The notes beneath the pieces were generated by a model. The model saw only the letters and a list, made by a program, of their open reading frames with translations, did no database searches and was not told the DNA's origin. 64,000 nucleotides of DNA from an uncultured Gemmatimonadales bacterium (lineage in GTDB: Bacteria > Gemmatimonadota > Gemmatimonadetes > Longimicrobiales > Longimicrobiaceae). This document shows, piece after piece, positions 28,304-38,494 of this stretch (position 1 is the stretch's first letter; the number at the start of each line of letters is the position of its first letter). The translations under genes were made by a program, and so were the position numbers. The stretch is taken from the NCBI GenBank assembly GCA_963716255.1, contig OY970303.1, positions 3,808,001 through 3,872,000 of the forward strand. The letters run 5' to 3'.

Positions 28304-29425
28304 ATGTACCGCAGAACGTCCTTCGTTCTGGTCGTCGTCCTGCTCGCCCTGATAAACCCCCTCAAGGCACAGGACAGCTCGACCGTCACCGATCGCCAGC
28401 TGCGCCAGCGGCTCGATGCTTCGCTGAACGACACCCGCAGCTCCATCCAGGAGCTGAACCAGCTGCTCATGCGGATGGAGGCGATGCGCGCGGCCATCAA
28501 CGCCCGGATCGCGCGCGACAGCCTCGCCTCGCGCGGCCCCACCGGGACCACGCGCACGCCGACGGGCGTGGGCACGACCGGGGGACCGAGCACGCCCGTC
28601 ACCGGCAACCCGTCCGCCGTGGCGCCCGTGTTCGAGGACGGCTTCGAGGGAGGCATCCCGTCCGAACCCCGGAACGGGTACGGGTGGCTGGGCTACAAGC
28701 CCGCCGCCGGCGAGGGCGTGGCCGTGAGCCGGGACCTGGGCCGCAGCGGCTCCGGGAGTATGCGGTTCACCTACTCCGGCAACGCGGATCCCTGCGCGGA
28801 CTCGTGGGCGGAGCAGCGCTTCACGCTGGGCGAGAACCTGACCGAGGTGTGGCTGGAGTACTACATCTACATGCCCACCGGCGCCGAGGGGAAGGGAGCG
28901 CGCTTCTTCCACCGCCGGCCGGTCTGCCCGCGGGAAAGCGATCCCAACGGCACCATCTCCAACAACAAGTTCTTCGCGCTGTGGGCCTCCAACTACGACG
29001 TGCGCGCCGCGCCCGGCGGGATGAAGGTGCTCTTCGAGTACCAGCGCACCAGCGGTCCGGGCGACGGCGACAGCCAGCTGTACGGGATGTGGTGCAACGA
29101 CGACAAGCTTTGCAGCAACTGGGGCGCGGAGAACGGCCGCTGGGACCCCGCCTTCACGAGCTCCATGCGCGGCCGCTGGGTGCAGGTGCGTATCCACACC
29201 CGCGCGGCGGACTCCAAGGCGGCGTCCAACGGGATGCTGCAGCTGTGGGTGGACGGGGCGCAGCGCATCAACATGCAGAACCTCGACCTGGCGCCCGAGG
29301 CGGGCGGGGAGCGCTGGTTCCGCAACGGCTACCTGATGGGGTGGGCCAACTCCGGCTTCGACCAGCCCACCGCCATCTACGTCGACGACTTCAAGATCTT
29401 CCGCTCCAACCCGGGGTGGCAGTGA
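28304..29425 (+). CDS. secreted protein: coiled-coil, G/T linker, polysaccharide-lyase-like domain (third paralog)
   Basis: RBS aaggag; Sec signal (…PLKA/QD); heptad-like segment; same C-terminal domain as 16955 and 18834. Confidence 0.85.
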   Translation: MYRRTSFVLVVVLLALINPLKAQDSSTVTDRQLRQRLDASLNDTRSSIQELNQLLMRMEAMRAAINARIARDSLASRGPTGTTRTPTGVGTTGGPSTPVTGNPSAVAPVFEDGFEGGIPSEPRNGYGWLGYKPAAGEGVAVSRDLGRSGSGSMRFTYSGNADPCADSWAEQRFTLGENLTEVWLEYYIYMPTGAEGKGARFFHRRPVCPRESDPNGTISNNKFFALWASNYDVRAAPGGMKVLFEYQRTSGPGDGDSQLYGMWCNDDKLCSNWGAENGRWDPAFTSSMRGRWVQVRIHTRAADSKAASNGMLQLWVDGAQRINMQNLDLAPEAGGERWFRNGYLMGWANSGFDQPTAIYVDDFKIFRSNPGWQ

Positions 29426-29464
29426 GCCGGGGGTGAGCGCGCGGCGCCCACCCTGAACGAACGG

Positions 29465-29502
29465 GGACCTCCGCCGGAACCGGATCCGGCGGAGGTCCTT
29501 TT
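29465..29502 (+). terminator. intrinsic terminator
   Basis: ggacctccgccgga/tccggcggaggtcc followed by tttt. Confidence 0.8.
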
Positions 29503-29519
29503 CGCGTCCCGCGACGGCT

Positions 29520-30704
29520 TCAGCGGCCCCGCAGCCAGTCCAGCGTCTCGCGCAGCGCGGGGAGCGGGTCGGAAAGGCGGAACACTTCGTCGCGGCTCCC
29601 CGGCCCGAAGGCGGCCACGAACCGCGCCACCGCGCCGCCCAGCCCCGGGGCGTCCTCGGCGAGGGCCAGCTCCTCGCGCGAGCGGCGCGCCCGCGCGATC
29701 AGGTGGTCCACCTCGCCCCAGGTCCAGCGCAGCCGCACCCCGGTGCGGTAGGCGAGCACCGGCCGCGGCTTCCTTCCGGCGGCGGCCTCCAGGAGCAGGG
29801 CGGGGAAGTCCACCCCGGCGTCCAGCGCGAGCTGGAGCGACCCCCAGAAGCGTCCGTTGATCTCCATGATGTACGGAGTGCCGGTAGCGGCGTCCACCTT
29901 GTACTCCACCATCGCCACCCCCCGCCAGCCGAAGGCGCGCAGCAGAGCCACGGACCGCTCCAGGAGGCCGGGGTCCAGCGGGTGGCTCTCTCGGTACACG
30001 CTAACCCCGCCCGAGGGCGGCTTCTCGCGGATGCGGCGGTGGGAAAAGGCGGCGACCACCTCGTCCTCCCACAGCAGCACGAAGATTCCCACCCCCGGCC
30101 CCACGATGCGCTCCTGGAGGAGCACCGGGTAGGCGCCCTCCGGCAGTGCGTCCAGAGCCGCGCGCAGCGCCGCCGCGTCGCGCACGTGCGCCACCGCGGA
30201 CTTGGCTCGCGCCCCGTTCTCCTGGACCACCGAGCGCGAGGGCTTCAGCACCAGGGGAAACCTCATCCCCGCCGGGTCGAGCTCCCGCGCCTCCGCCGCG
30301 CTCCCGATCCGCCGCTGCTCCGGCACTCCGATCCCCACGGTGCGCGCGGCCTCCATCACCGCGGCCTTGTCGCAGATCCGCTCGAACTCGGCCACGTCGG
30401 CGAAGGGGAGCTGCGCCCCCAGCGACTCGCGCTCCGGGAGCACCGCCAGCAGCGACGGCTCGGTGATGGGAACGACCACGTCCACCCCGTGCCGGCGGAC
30501 CAGCTCCCGCAGCGCCGCCACGTACCCCGCGGGGTCGCGGAGCGGGTCGGGGACCGTGGCGTGGGCGCGGCAGTGGCGCGAGGCGCCCGCCAGCGAGCGG
30601 GGGCGGACGGAGCACGCGTACACGGTGTGCCCGGCGCGGGCGAGCGAGCGGACCGCGGCGAGCGCGGCGCGCTGCTCGCCGTCCGTGACCAGGACGACGG
30701 CCAC
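29520..30704 (-). CDS. ATP-grasp carboxylate-amine ligase
   Basis: CDKA, FPLVLKP, LLQERIVG, GVAMVEYK, MEINGRFWGSL. Confidence 0.9.
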   Translation of the reverse strand: MAVVLVTDGEQRAALAAVRSLARAGHTVYACSVRPRSLAGASRHCRAHATVPDPLRDPAGYVAALRELVRRHGVDVVVPITEPSLLAVLPERESLGAQLPFADVAEFERICDKAAVMEAARTVGIGVPEQRRIGSAAEARELDPAGMRFPLVLKPSRSVVQENGARAKSAVAHVRDAAALRAALDALPEGAYPVLLQERIVGPGVGIFVLLWEDEVVAAFSHRRIREKPPSGGVSVYRESHPLDPGLLERSVALLRAFGWRGVAMVEYKVDAATGTPYIMEINGRFWGSLQLALDAGVDFPALLLEAAAGRKPRPVLAYRTGVRLRWTWGEVDHLIARARRSREELALAEDAPGLGGAVARFVAAFGPGSRDEVFRLSDPLPALRETLDWLRGR

Positions 30705-30705
30705 G

Positions 30706-31884
30706 CTACACCGCCGCCGGGGCCGCCGCGCCGGGGGCCGGGGCCCGCCCGGCGAGCCCCAGCGCGTCGCGGTACACGGCCTCGTAGCCGGCGACCATCG
30801 CCCCGGTGCTGAACTCCCGCTCCACCCGCGCGCGCCCGGCCCGCGACATCCGCGCGCGCCGCTCCGGGTCGCCGGCCAGGGCGTGGATGGCGCCGGCGAG
30901 CGCCGCCGGGTCGCGGGCGGGCACCAGCACGCCGCTCACGCCGTCCTCCACGATTTCCTCCGGGCCGCCGCAGCGCGTCGCCACCGTGGGGACGCCGCAG
31001 GCCAGCGCCTGCACCGTGGAGAGCGAGAAGCCCTCCGCGTGCGAGCTGAGAGCGTACAGGTCGAGGCTGCGCATGATCTGCGGCACGTCTTCCCGGAAGC
31101 CGGTGAAGTGCACCCGGTCGCGCAGCCCCAGCCCGTCGCGCAGGGCCAGCAGGTCGTGGTGCATCTGCCCGCGGTTGTCGCCCACCACGACGAAGCGGTA
31201 GGCGTCGGAGCGCTCCCGCAGCAGGGCGGCGGCGTGCAGCAGGTCAGGGTACGCCTTGGCCGTGCGCAGGTTGCCCACGGCGCCCACCAGCAGCTGCCCG
31301 GGCTCCACGCCCAGCTCCCGCCGCAGTCCCGCGTCGGAGCCGGGGCGAAAGGCGTGGGCGTCGATCCCGTTGTGGATCACCCGCGTGCGGGCCGGCTCCA
31401 GCCGGTTGCCGTCCAGCACGCTCCGGCGCAGCGCCTCCGACACGAAGACCACGCGGTTCCTGCGGCGGTCGATGATGCGGAACTTGGCCGCGCGGTACGA
31501 CTCGTCCGGGGCCACGTCGGCCTGGCCGTGGAAGGTGCAGACCACCGGCACCCCGCCGAGCCGCCCGGCCAGGCTCCCGTACACGCTGGGCCCCAGCAGG
31601 TGGGCGTGGATCAGCTCCACCCGGTGCCGGCGCACGATGCCCAGAAGGGCGCGCAGGTAGCCCAGGTCGAACGCCCCCTGCGGCGGGACGATCAGCGCGT
31701 CGATCCCCTCCGGCCGCAGCGCCTCCGACAGCCACCCCGCCTCGGAAACCGCGACCACCGGGCGCCAGCGCTCCCGGTCCAGCCCGGTCGCCAGGTTGAA
31801 GAGGATGGTCTCCGCCCCGCCCGGGCCCGCCATGTCGATGAGGTGGAGTACGGTCCTGGGCCGTGCGCCGCGCGGCTCGGTCAA
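30706..31884 (-). CDS. GT4 glycosyltransferase
   Basis: GPGGAE, IHNGID, KAYPDLL, GFREDV, SSHAEGF...QALACG. TTG start at 31884 is inferred and fits the promoter at 31943-31958. Confidence 0.88.
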   Translation of the reverse strand: MTEPRGARPRTVLHLIDMAGPGGAETILFNLATGLDRERWRPVVAVSEAGWLSEALRPEGIDALIVPPQGAFDLGYLRALLGIVRRHRVELIHAHLLGPSVYGSLAGRLGGVPVVCTFHGQADVAPDESYRAAKFRIIDRRRNRVVFVSEALRRSVLDGNRLEPARTRVIHNGIDAHAFRPGSDAGLRRELGVEPGQLLVGAVGNLRTAKAYPDLLHAAALLRERSDAYRFVVVGDNRGQMHHDLLALRDGLGLRDRVHFTGFREDVPQIMRSLDLYALSSHAEGFSLSTVQALACGVPTVATRCGGPEEIVEDGVSGVLVPARDPAALAGAIHALAGDPERRARMSRAGRARVEREFSTGAMVAGYEAVYRDALGLAGRAPAPGAAAPAAV

Positions 31885-31942
31885 TGCTCGGGCTCCGGTG
31901 AAGCGGGTGCGGAAGGTGGACGGTGCCGGCGCCCGCCCCGAG

Positions 31943-31958
31943 GGCAGGGGGCATGCCG
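31943..31958 (-). promoter_or_regulatory. candidate sigma-54 promoter
   Basis: CGGCATG-CCCC-CTGCC. Confidence 0.55.
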
Positions 31959-32056
31959 GAACCTCGCCGGGGCGGCGAGCCCTCGCAAGGCCACGGCTGC
32001 GGCGCCGCCGCCGCACCGGGCCGCACGCTCTCCCTGTGGCGCCGATGCCGCTGGGG

Positions 32057-32074
32057 TGTTGGACGGATGCAACA
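32057..32074. promoter_or_regulatory. 18-bp palindrome, candidate UAS
   Basis: TGTTG-gacggatg-CAACA, about 100 nt from each of two divergent -24/-12 motifs. Confidence 0.7.
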
Positions 32075-32170
32075 TGGGCGTGGCGCGAGGCAGGGCCGCG
32101 GGGCGTGCGCCGGCCCGCCAACTCCGCTCCCGGGGCCCGCGCGGGAGCCCGGCGCACTTTGCTGCGGGCA

Positions 32171-32186
32171 CGGAACAGCGTATGCT
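32171..32186 (+). promoter_or_regulatory. candidate sigma-54 promoter (flippase operon)
   Basis: CGGAACA-GCGT-ATGCT. Confidence 0.55.
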
Positions 32187-32299
32187 GACTGCCCTCGCGG
32201 GCGCCGCCTCGTCGCGGCCGCCCGCCTTTCCGGCCCGGCCCTCACCTCCACGGGTGCACCGGCGCACTCGTCCGCAGCAGACAGGGACCTTCGGCGTTC

Positions 32300-33778
32300 A
32301 TGACCGGCAAGACCAAGAGCCTGGGGAAGCAGTCGGCGATCTACGGGGCGGGGATCGTCCTTGGGAAGCTCGCCAGCTTCATCATGCTCCCCGTGTACAC
32401 CCGCTACCTCACCCCGGCGGACTACGGGGTGCTGGAGCTGCTGTCCATGACCATCGACGTGATCGGGATGATCGCGGGGATCGGGCTGGGCTCGGCGGTC
32501 TTCAAGTTCTACGCGGACGCGCCGGACGAGGCGGGAAAGAGCCAGGTGATCAGCACCGCCGGGATGAGCGCGGTCGTGCTCGGCGCCGTCACCGCCGCGC
32601 TGGGGCTGCTGTTCGCGCCCCTGCTCACCCGGCTGGTGATCGGCCCGGAGACGGACCCGCTGTACCTGCGGATCTTCCTCTTCACGTACCTGTTCCAGAC
32701 CTGCGAGCACATCCCCATGATGCTGCTCCGCGCGCGGCAGCACGCGGGGCGGGTGGTCACGCTCAACGTGGTGCGGCTGGTCCTCAACCTGTCGCTCAAC
32801 ATCCTGTTCGTGGTGTACTTCCGCATGGGGGTGCTGGGCGTCCTGCTCAGCGGCGTCATCACGGGCGCCATCATGGCGACGGGGCTTACCGGCTACCTGC
32901 TCCGCCAGGTGGGGCTGAGGTTCTCCATGCCGCGCTTCGTGGAGATGGTGCGCTTCGGCAGCCCGATGGTGCTGTGGACGCTGGGGAGCTTCGTCCTGGT
33001 CTTTTCCGACCGCTTCTTCCTGCAGCACTACCTGGGCACTGCGCAGGTGGGGATCTACGCCCTGGCGTACAAGTTCGCCTTCATGCTGAGCGCGCTCGCC
33101 TTCAACCCCTTCGACATGGTGTGGGACCCGCACCGCTACGAGGTGGCGAAGCGCTCCGACGCCAAGGAGGTGTACGCGCGGGTGTTCCTGTACCTGAACG
33201 TGGTCGTGGGGCTGGTGGGGCTGGGGATCTCGCTCTTCGTGCGGGACTTCCTGGAGGTGATGTCCGATCCCGCCTTCGTCCCGGCGTACCGGATCGTGCC
33301 GCTGCTGCTGCTGGCCCAGATGATCTCTCACGCGGTCAGCTACTGCACCCTGGGCCTCTTCGTGACCAGCAACACCCGGGCGCTGGGGCGGATCGCCTTC
33401 CTGGCGACCGTGTCCACGCTGGTCCTGAACTTCGTCCTGGTCTCCCGATTCGGGGTCCTGGGGGCGACGTGGGCCACGGTCCTCGCGTACTCGCTGCGCT
33501 TCGTGTGGACGTACCGCTCGGCCCAGCGGCACTACCCCATCCGCTACGGGTGGGGCGCCGTCGCCCGGCTGTACGCGATCTTCGCCGTGGCGGTGGGGCT
33601 GCGCTGGGCGGTGCAGCCGGCGCACCTCCCCGGCTCCCTGGCCTGGAGCGCCGTGCTCATGGCGGGCGCGTCGGCGCTGGTGTACCGCCACACCCTGGGC
33701 CCGGCGGAGCGGAGCTGGGTCCGCGCGTTCTTCGCCCGCTACCGGGCGGGCTTCGCGCTGGGAGCTTCGCGGGCGTGA
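32300..33778 (+). CDS. wzx: Wzx-type oligosaccharide flippase
   Basis: LPVYTRYLTPADYG, SDRFFL, VGIYALAYKF; many transmembrane segments. Confidence 0.9.
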   Translation: MTGKTKSLGKQSAIYGAGIVLGKLASFIMLPVYTRYLTPADYGVLELLSMTIDVIGMIAGIGLGSAVFKFYADAPDEAGKSQVISTAGMSAVVLGAVTAALGLLFAPLLTRLVIGPETDPLYLRIFLFTYLFQTCEHIPMMLLRARQHAGRVVTLNVVRLVLNLSLNILFVVYFRMGVLGVLLSGVITGAIMATGLTGYLLRQVGLRFSMPRFVEMVRFGSPMVLWTLGSFVLVFSDRFFLQHYLGTAQVGIYALAYKFAFMLSALAFNPFDMVWDPHRYEVAKRSDAKEVYARVFLYLNVVVGLVGLGISLFVRDFLEVMSDPAFVPAYRIVPLLLLAQMISHAVSYCTLGLFVTSNTRALGRIAFLATVSTLVLNFVLVSRFGVLGATWATVLAYSLRFVWTYRSAQRHYPIRYGWGAVARLYAIFAVAVGLRWAVQPAHLPGSLAWSAVLMAGASALVYRHTLGPAERSWVRAFFARYRAGFALGASRA

Positions 33779-34776
33779 GCGCCGCCCCCGGCGGGGACCG
33801 CGCGGAGGCGCCGCCCGCGGTGAGCGTCATCGTCCCCGTGTACAACACGGCGCCGTACGTGGCGGAGGCGCTGGACTCCATCCTGGCGCAGACCTTCACG
33901 GACTACGAGATCCTGGTGGTCAACGACGGCTCCCCCGACACGGAGCTGCTGGAGCGGGTGCTGGAGCCGTACGCCGGCCGCATCCGCTACCTGCGCCAGG
34001 AGAACGCGGGGGTGAGCACCGCGCGCAACCACGCGCTGGCCGTGGCGCGGGGGCGCTACGCCGCCATGCTGGACAGCGACGACACCTGGCACCCGGAGTA
34101 CCTGGCCGCCCACGTGGCGGTGCTGGAGAGCGACCCCGGCGTCCACGTGGTGTACCCGGACGCGGTGCGCTTCGGGGGCGGAGCGCGGCAGCGCTACTCC
34201 GAGCAGTACCCGGTGGGGGGCGACGTCACCTTCGCCCGGGTACTGGCGCGGGAGTGCCAGGTGTACGGCGGGGTCACGGCGCGCACGGAGGCGGTGGTGG
34301 CGGCGGGGCTGTACGACCCGGAGCTGCGCGCCGCCGAGGACTTCGAGCTGTGGCTGCGGATCCTGCACCGCGGCGGACGCATCGCGTACGTGGACCGGGT
34401 GCTGGCGTACTACCGCCACCGCCCGGGGAGCCACACGGCCAGCCCGCGCCCCCTGCTGGAGAACCTGTCGCGGGTGCTGGACAAGACCGCCCGGACCCTG
34501 GAGCTGGGGCCGGGCGAGCGCGAGGTGCTGGAGCGGCAGCGTGCCGGGCTACGCGCGGGGCTGGCGCTGCTGGACGGCAAGGCCGCCTTCCGCGCTGGCG
34601 ACATGCGCACCGCGCTGCGCAAGCTGGGCGAGGCCGACGCGCTCGCCACCCGCCGCAGCCTCAAGCTCTCCCTGGTGCTCGCGCTCCTGCGCGTCGCCCC
34701 GGGCCCCCTGCGGGGCCTGTACCTGCTGCGCGAGCGGCTGGACGCCCGCCGCGCCCGCCGGGCCGCGGCGGCATAG
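33775..34776 (+). CDS. GT2 glycosyltransferase
   Basis: GTGA overlap with flippase; VSVIVPVYN, VNDGSPD, LDSDD, AEDFELW. Confidence 0.9.
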   Translation: MSAAPGGDRAEAPPAVSVIVPVYNTAPYVAEALDSILAQTFTDYEILVVNDGSPDTELLERVLEPYAGRIRYLRQENAGVSTARNHALAVARGRYAAMLDSDDTWHPEYLAAHVAVLESDPGVHVVYPDAVRFGGGARQRYSEQYPVGGDVTFARVLARECQVYGGVTARTEAVVAAGLYDPELRAAEDFELWLRILHRGGRIAYVDRVLAYYRHRPGSHTASPRPLLENLSRVLDKTARTLELGPGEREVLERQRAGLRAGLALLDGKAAFRAGDMRTALRKLGEADALATRRSLKLSLVLALLRVAPGPLRGLYLLRERLDARRARRAAAA

Positions 34777-34835
34777 TCCGGCGCCGCGCCCCTACGCCCA
34801 CCCGGCGTCCCCGTTCCCCCACGACCCCGTCCGCC

Positions 34836-35621
34836 ATGCTCGCTCGCCGCAGCCTCCCCGACTCGTTCGCCCGGTGGAACCGCATGCACGGCGCACCCTT
34901 CGGCGCGCCGCTGCGCGGGGAGTCGCTGCTGGAGCGCGTGCTCCCCCGCTCCACCCTCACACGGCTGCGCGGGCCGTTCTCCATCCAGCCCAACAACAAC
35001 ACCCGCGCCTTCGAGTACCCGTGGGCCTTCCACGCCGCGGAGCCGCGGGCGGGGCTGGACGTGCTGGAGATCGGCGGCGGGCTCGCCGGGTTCCAGTTCG
35101 TGCTTTCCCGGCTGGGGTGCAGGGTGGTCAACGTGGACCCGGGGATGGAGGCCGCCGGCGTGGGCTGGCCGTGCGACCCGGAGTCCATGCGGCGCCTGAA
35201 CGGGCTCTTCGGGACCACGGTGGAGCTGCGCAACACCGTGCTCGACAAGGCCGCGCTCCCGGACGAGTCGTTCGACCTGGTCTTCAGCATCAGCGTGCTG
35301 GAGCACCTGCCGGAGCACGAGATCGCCGCCGCCGTGCGCGAGGCCTTCCGGGTGCTCCGGCCCGGCGGCCGCCTGGTGATGACCGTGGACCTGTTCCTCA
35401 ACGTGAAGCCGTTCACCGCCGAGGAGCGCAACCGCTACGGCTCCAACGTGGACCTGCGCTGGCTGCTGGAGCAGGCGCCCTTCCAGCTGGAGCAGGGCGA
35501 ACCCGCCGAGCTGTACGGCTTCGACGAGTTTTCCGCCGAGCGGGTGCTCGCCCGCCTGGACGAGCTGCTCGTGGGAGAATACCCGGCCGCCGCGCAATGC
35601 CTGGTCCTGCGGAAGTCCTGA
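34836..35621 (+). CDS. class I SAM-dependent methyltransferase
   Basis: VLEIGGG, FDLVFSISVLEHL, RVLRPGG. Confidence 0.88.
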   Translation: MLARRSLPDSFARWNRMHGAPFGAPLRGESLLERVLPRSTLTRLRGPFSIQPNNNTRAFEYPWAFHAAEPRAGLDVLEIGGGLAGFQFVLSRLGCRVVNVDPGMEAAGVGWPCDPESMRRLNGLFGTTVELRNTVLDKAALPDESFDLVFSISVLEHLPEHEIAAAVREAFRVLRPGGRLVMTVDLFLNVKPFTAEERNRYGSNVDLRWLLEQAPFQLEQGEPAELYGFDEFSAERVLARLDELLVGEYPAAAQCLVLRKS

Positions 35622-36883
35622 GCGCCGCACCCGCCGGGGCACGGCGGGGCGGGGAGGGCGCGCACGTGCTCTTTCTCGCCAAGCAGTTTCCCTGGCCGCT
35701 CAACGTGGGCGCGCGCCAGCGCTCCTTCCACGTGGCGCGGGGGCTGGCGCGCGCCCACGAGGTGACGGTGGTGGCGCTGGACGACCCGCCGCCCGACGCG
35801 GCGCGGGACGAGTTCCTGGCCGCCTCCGGCTGCGCGCGCGCCCTTTTCGTTCCGCCCGCCACCTGCCTGGGGATGAAGCCGCGGGGCGCCCCCGCGCCGC
35901 GGTGGGTCCGCGCGCTGCGCGCCGCGCGGGGGCTGGTCCGCTCCCCGCTCCCCGACACGCTGCTGTACTGGTGGTCGGACGCGCTGGTGGCCGAGCTGGA
36001 GACGCTGCGCCGCGAGCGCCCCGCCGACGTGGTCTTCGCCTCCCAGTCGTGGATGGCCGAGCACGCGCGCGCGGCCGGCTTCCCGCGCGTGGTGGTGGAC
36101 GTGGACGACCTGCTCAGCGAGATCTCGCGGCAGGGCCTCCGGCAGCGGGGATGGTACCCCCGGAAGCCGCTGGACCTGCTGCGCGCCCGGCAGGAGCGCA
36201 GCTACGAGCGCTCGCTCCCGGGGCGCTTCACCCGCGTCCTCGTCGCCAAGGACGACGACCGCGGGTTCTTCCCCGCCGCCGCGCGCTCCCGCGTGGGCGT
36301 GCTCCCCAACGGCATCGCCGTCCCGGACGCCCCGGCCCCCGACCCGGAGCGCGCCGACACGCTGCTGTTCGTGGGGACGCTGGGGTACGCGCCCAACGTG
36401 GACGCGGTCACCTGGTTCGCGCGCGAGGTGCTGCCGCTGGTGTGGGCGTCGCGCCCGGACGTGCGCTTCCAGGTGGCGGGCTTCGGCACCGGGGCGCACC
36501 TGGCGGAGGTGCTCGCCGACCCGCGCTGCGCGGTGGCGGAGTCGCCGCCGGAGCTGGCGCCGTTCTACGCCGCCGCCGCGGTGGTGGTCACCCCCGTGCG
36601 CACCGGGGGGGGCACCCGCATCAAGGTCCTGGAGGCGCTGGCGCACGGCAAGGCGCTGGTGAGCACCACCTTCGGCCCAGAGGGGCTGGGGCTGCGCGGC
36701 GGCGTGGACCTGGAGCTCGCGGACACCCCGCAGGCCATGGCCGACGCCTGCCTGGCGCTTCTCGGCGATCCCGCCCGGCGCCGCGCCCTGGGCGCGGCCG
36801 GGCGCGCCCACGTGGCGGAGCGGTTCGACTGGCTGCGCATCGAGGAGAAGGTGGAGACCCTGCTCCCGCTGCCGGCCGGCTGA
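35597..36883 (+). CDS. GT4 glycosyltransferase
   Basis: FPWPLNVG, LPNGI, FVGTLGYAPN, GGGTRIKVLEALA. Confidence 0.88.
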   Translation: MPGPAEVLSAAPAGARRGGEGAHVLFLAKQFPWPLNVGARQRSFHVARGLARAHEVTVVALDDPPPDAARDEFLAASGCARALFVPPATCLGMKPRGAPAPRWVRALRAARGLVRSPLPDTLLYWWSDALVAELETLRRERPADVVFASQSWMAEHARAAGFPRVVVDVDDLLSEISRQGLRQRGWYPRKPLDLLRARQERSYERSLPGRFTRVLVAKDDDRGFFPAAARSRVGVLPNGIAVPDAPAPDPERADTLLFVGTLGYAPNVDAVTWFAREVLPLVWASRPDVRFQVAGFGTGAHLAEVLADPRCAVAESPPELAPFYAAAAVVVTPVRTGGGTRIKVLEALAHGKALVSTTFGPEGLGLRGGVDLELADTPQAMADACLALLGDPARRRALGAAGRAHVAERFDWLRIEEKVETLLPLPAG

Positions 36884-36911
36884 GCGGCCCGCGGGAAGAG
36901 GGCCCACGCGC

Positions 36912-36943
36912 AACGGGCGCCCGGGAATTCCCGGGCGCCCGTT
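36912..36943. terminator. perfect 32-bp palindrome between convergent genes
   Basis: aacgggcgcccggg-aatt-cccgggcgcccgtt. Confidence 0.65.
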
Positions 36944-36960
36944 CTGGATCTCGCCACCGC

Positions 36961-36998
36961 GCCGCAGCCCGACCCCGGCGCCAGCCGGGGGCACGCCC
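36961..36998 (-). repeat. 5' fragment of the structured element
   Basis: Reverse complement GGGCGTGCCCCCGGCTGGCGCCGGGGTCGGGCTGCGGC, about 39 nt after the ligase stop. Confidence 0.85.
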
Positions 36999-37036
36999 AA
37001 ATCATTCAGTTCAAACCACGTCGCCCCGATCCGCCT

Positions 37037-38494
37037 TCAGACCACGGACCCCTGCCGGTAGTACCCGCCCCGCCCCCGCGGCCGGGCCGCCTGGACCGGC
37101 GCAGGCTCCGCCGCGCGCGGGGCCGCGATCCTCCCGCCGCCCGCCCGGGCCTCGTGCACCTTGTTCAGCGCGCACACGTGCAGCGCCACCGTCATGGACA
37201 GGTTGATCCAGAAGTACGGGTAGTAGAGCACCGTGACGAAGAAGCCGCTGCCCAGGAACCCGATCAGCGCCCCGTCCAGCCCGTGCGCCATCTGGTAGAT
37301 GAACGCGCTGTCCCCCGGAAGGGCCCGGATGACCTTGCGCGTCTTGAAGTTCACCACGAAGGTCGCGCCGATGAGCAGGACGAAGGCGAAGAGCCCCGTG
37401 TAGCCCATCTCCGCCACCGATTCGATGAAGATGTTGTGCGGGAGCTGGCCGGCCGGGTTGTAGTACGTCTTGTAGTACGGGAGCCAGTTGCCGTACCCGA
37501 TCCCCAGCACCGGGTGGTTGGCGGCGATCTCCAGCCCGTGCTTCCAGTACGTGATGCGCGTGGTGGAGGTGTTGTCCTCGCCCGCGCTCCGGAAGCGCTC
37601 CTTCTGCTCCGGCGGCAGCACCGCGATCACCAGGGCGACGGCGAGCACGGCGGGCACCAGCACCCGGAAGCGGTGCCTGGAGCGCGCCACCATCCACGTC
37701 AGCGTGAGCGCGCCGCCCAGCAGCGCCCCTCGCGAGGACGACGCGATCATGCTCATCACCGCCGTCACCGGGAACGACAGAAAGAACAGGCGCTGCCACT
37801 TCCCCCAGTGCTTCCACAGGGCCACCACGAAGCAGGTCGCCAGAGGAAAGAACACGCACATCTGGATCCCGAACTCCCCGGAGTTCTGGAACCATCCGGG
37901 GCTGCCGGTGGCCCCCCAGTCGCGGAAGCCGAAGCCGGTCTCCGCCCACGAGCGCGCTCCATGCTGCGACATCTTGTACGAGTACAGCAGGAAGGCGAGC
38001 ATGTAGACGAAGAAGCGCCGCTCCGTGGTGACCACGTTGACGGTCAGGACGAACACCAGGATCCAGTTGAGGAAGACCGTGAACTTGGCGAACGAGGCGT
38101 CGCTGGAGAACGCGGTGAACGAGGACGCCACCAGCACCAGCGTGTAGAAGCCCAGCAGCCCCGAGATCACCGTGGGGAAGCGGGCCAGCTTTCCCTCGCT
38201 CAGCGCGGTGACGATCGCCAGCGCCAGGAACGTCATCCCCCAGGGGAAGACATCGATGGCCCGGTACACCAGCTGGGGGCGGACGTACTCGATGAACATG
38301 TACAGGTTCAGGAACCAGAACGAGGCCGGCTCCCGCTTCACGAACGCCCAGATGTCCCGCGGGCGCGTCCGCCACACGTCGCCCATGCCGCGCGCGCCGA
38401 AGGGGCGCCGCGCGGCACCGCCGGGAGGCGCCATGGGCCGCGTGCCCGCCCGCCCCTGCGGGGCCGCGAAACGGGAAGGGGAAGCGTCAGCCAT
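37037..38494 (-). CDS. O-antigen ligase / Wzy-family membrane protein
   Basis: EYVRPQ, SSSRGALLG, RITYW...HPVLGIG, PHNIFIESVAEMG. Confidence 0.88.
   Translation of the reverse strand: MADASPSRFAAPQGRAGTRPMAPPGGAARRPFGARGMGDVWRTRPRDIWAFVKREPASFWFLNLYMFIEYVRPQLVYRAIDVFPWGMTFLALAIVTALSEGKLARFPTVISGLLGFYTLVLVASSFTAFSSDASFAKFTVFLNWILVFVLTVNVVTTERRFFVYMLAFLLYSYKMSQHGARSWAETGFGFRDWGATGSPGWFQNSGEFGIQMCVFFPLATCFVVALWKHWGKWQRLFFLSFPVTAVMSMIASSSRGALLGGALTLTWMVARSRHRFRVLVPAVLAVALVIAVLPPEQKERFRSAGEDNTSTTRITYWKHGLEIAANHPVLGIGYGNWLPYYKTYYNPAGQLPHNIFIESVAEMGYTGLFAFVLLIGATFVVNFKTRKVIRALPGDSAFIYQMAHGLDGALIGFLGSGFFVTVLYYPYFWINLSMTVALHVCALNKVHEARAGGGRIAAPRAAEPAPVQAARPRGRGGYYRQGSVV

Noticed and set aside
30202..33774. 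Long N-terminal extensions in the ORF track (also 4957-9282, 22948-25884, 51493-54564, 58320-60563)
   Set aside because: The extensions run through other genes as low-complexity sequence; real starts were placed at signal peptides, RBSs or first motifs.
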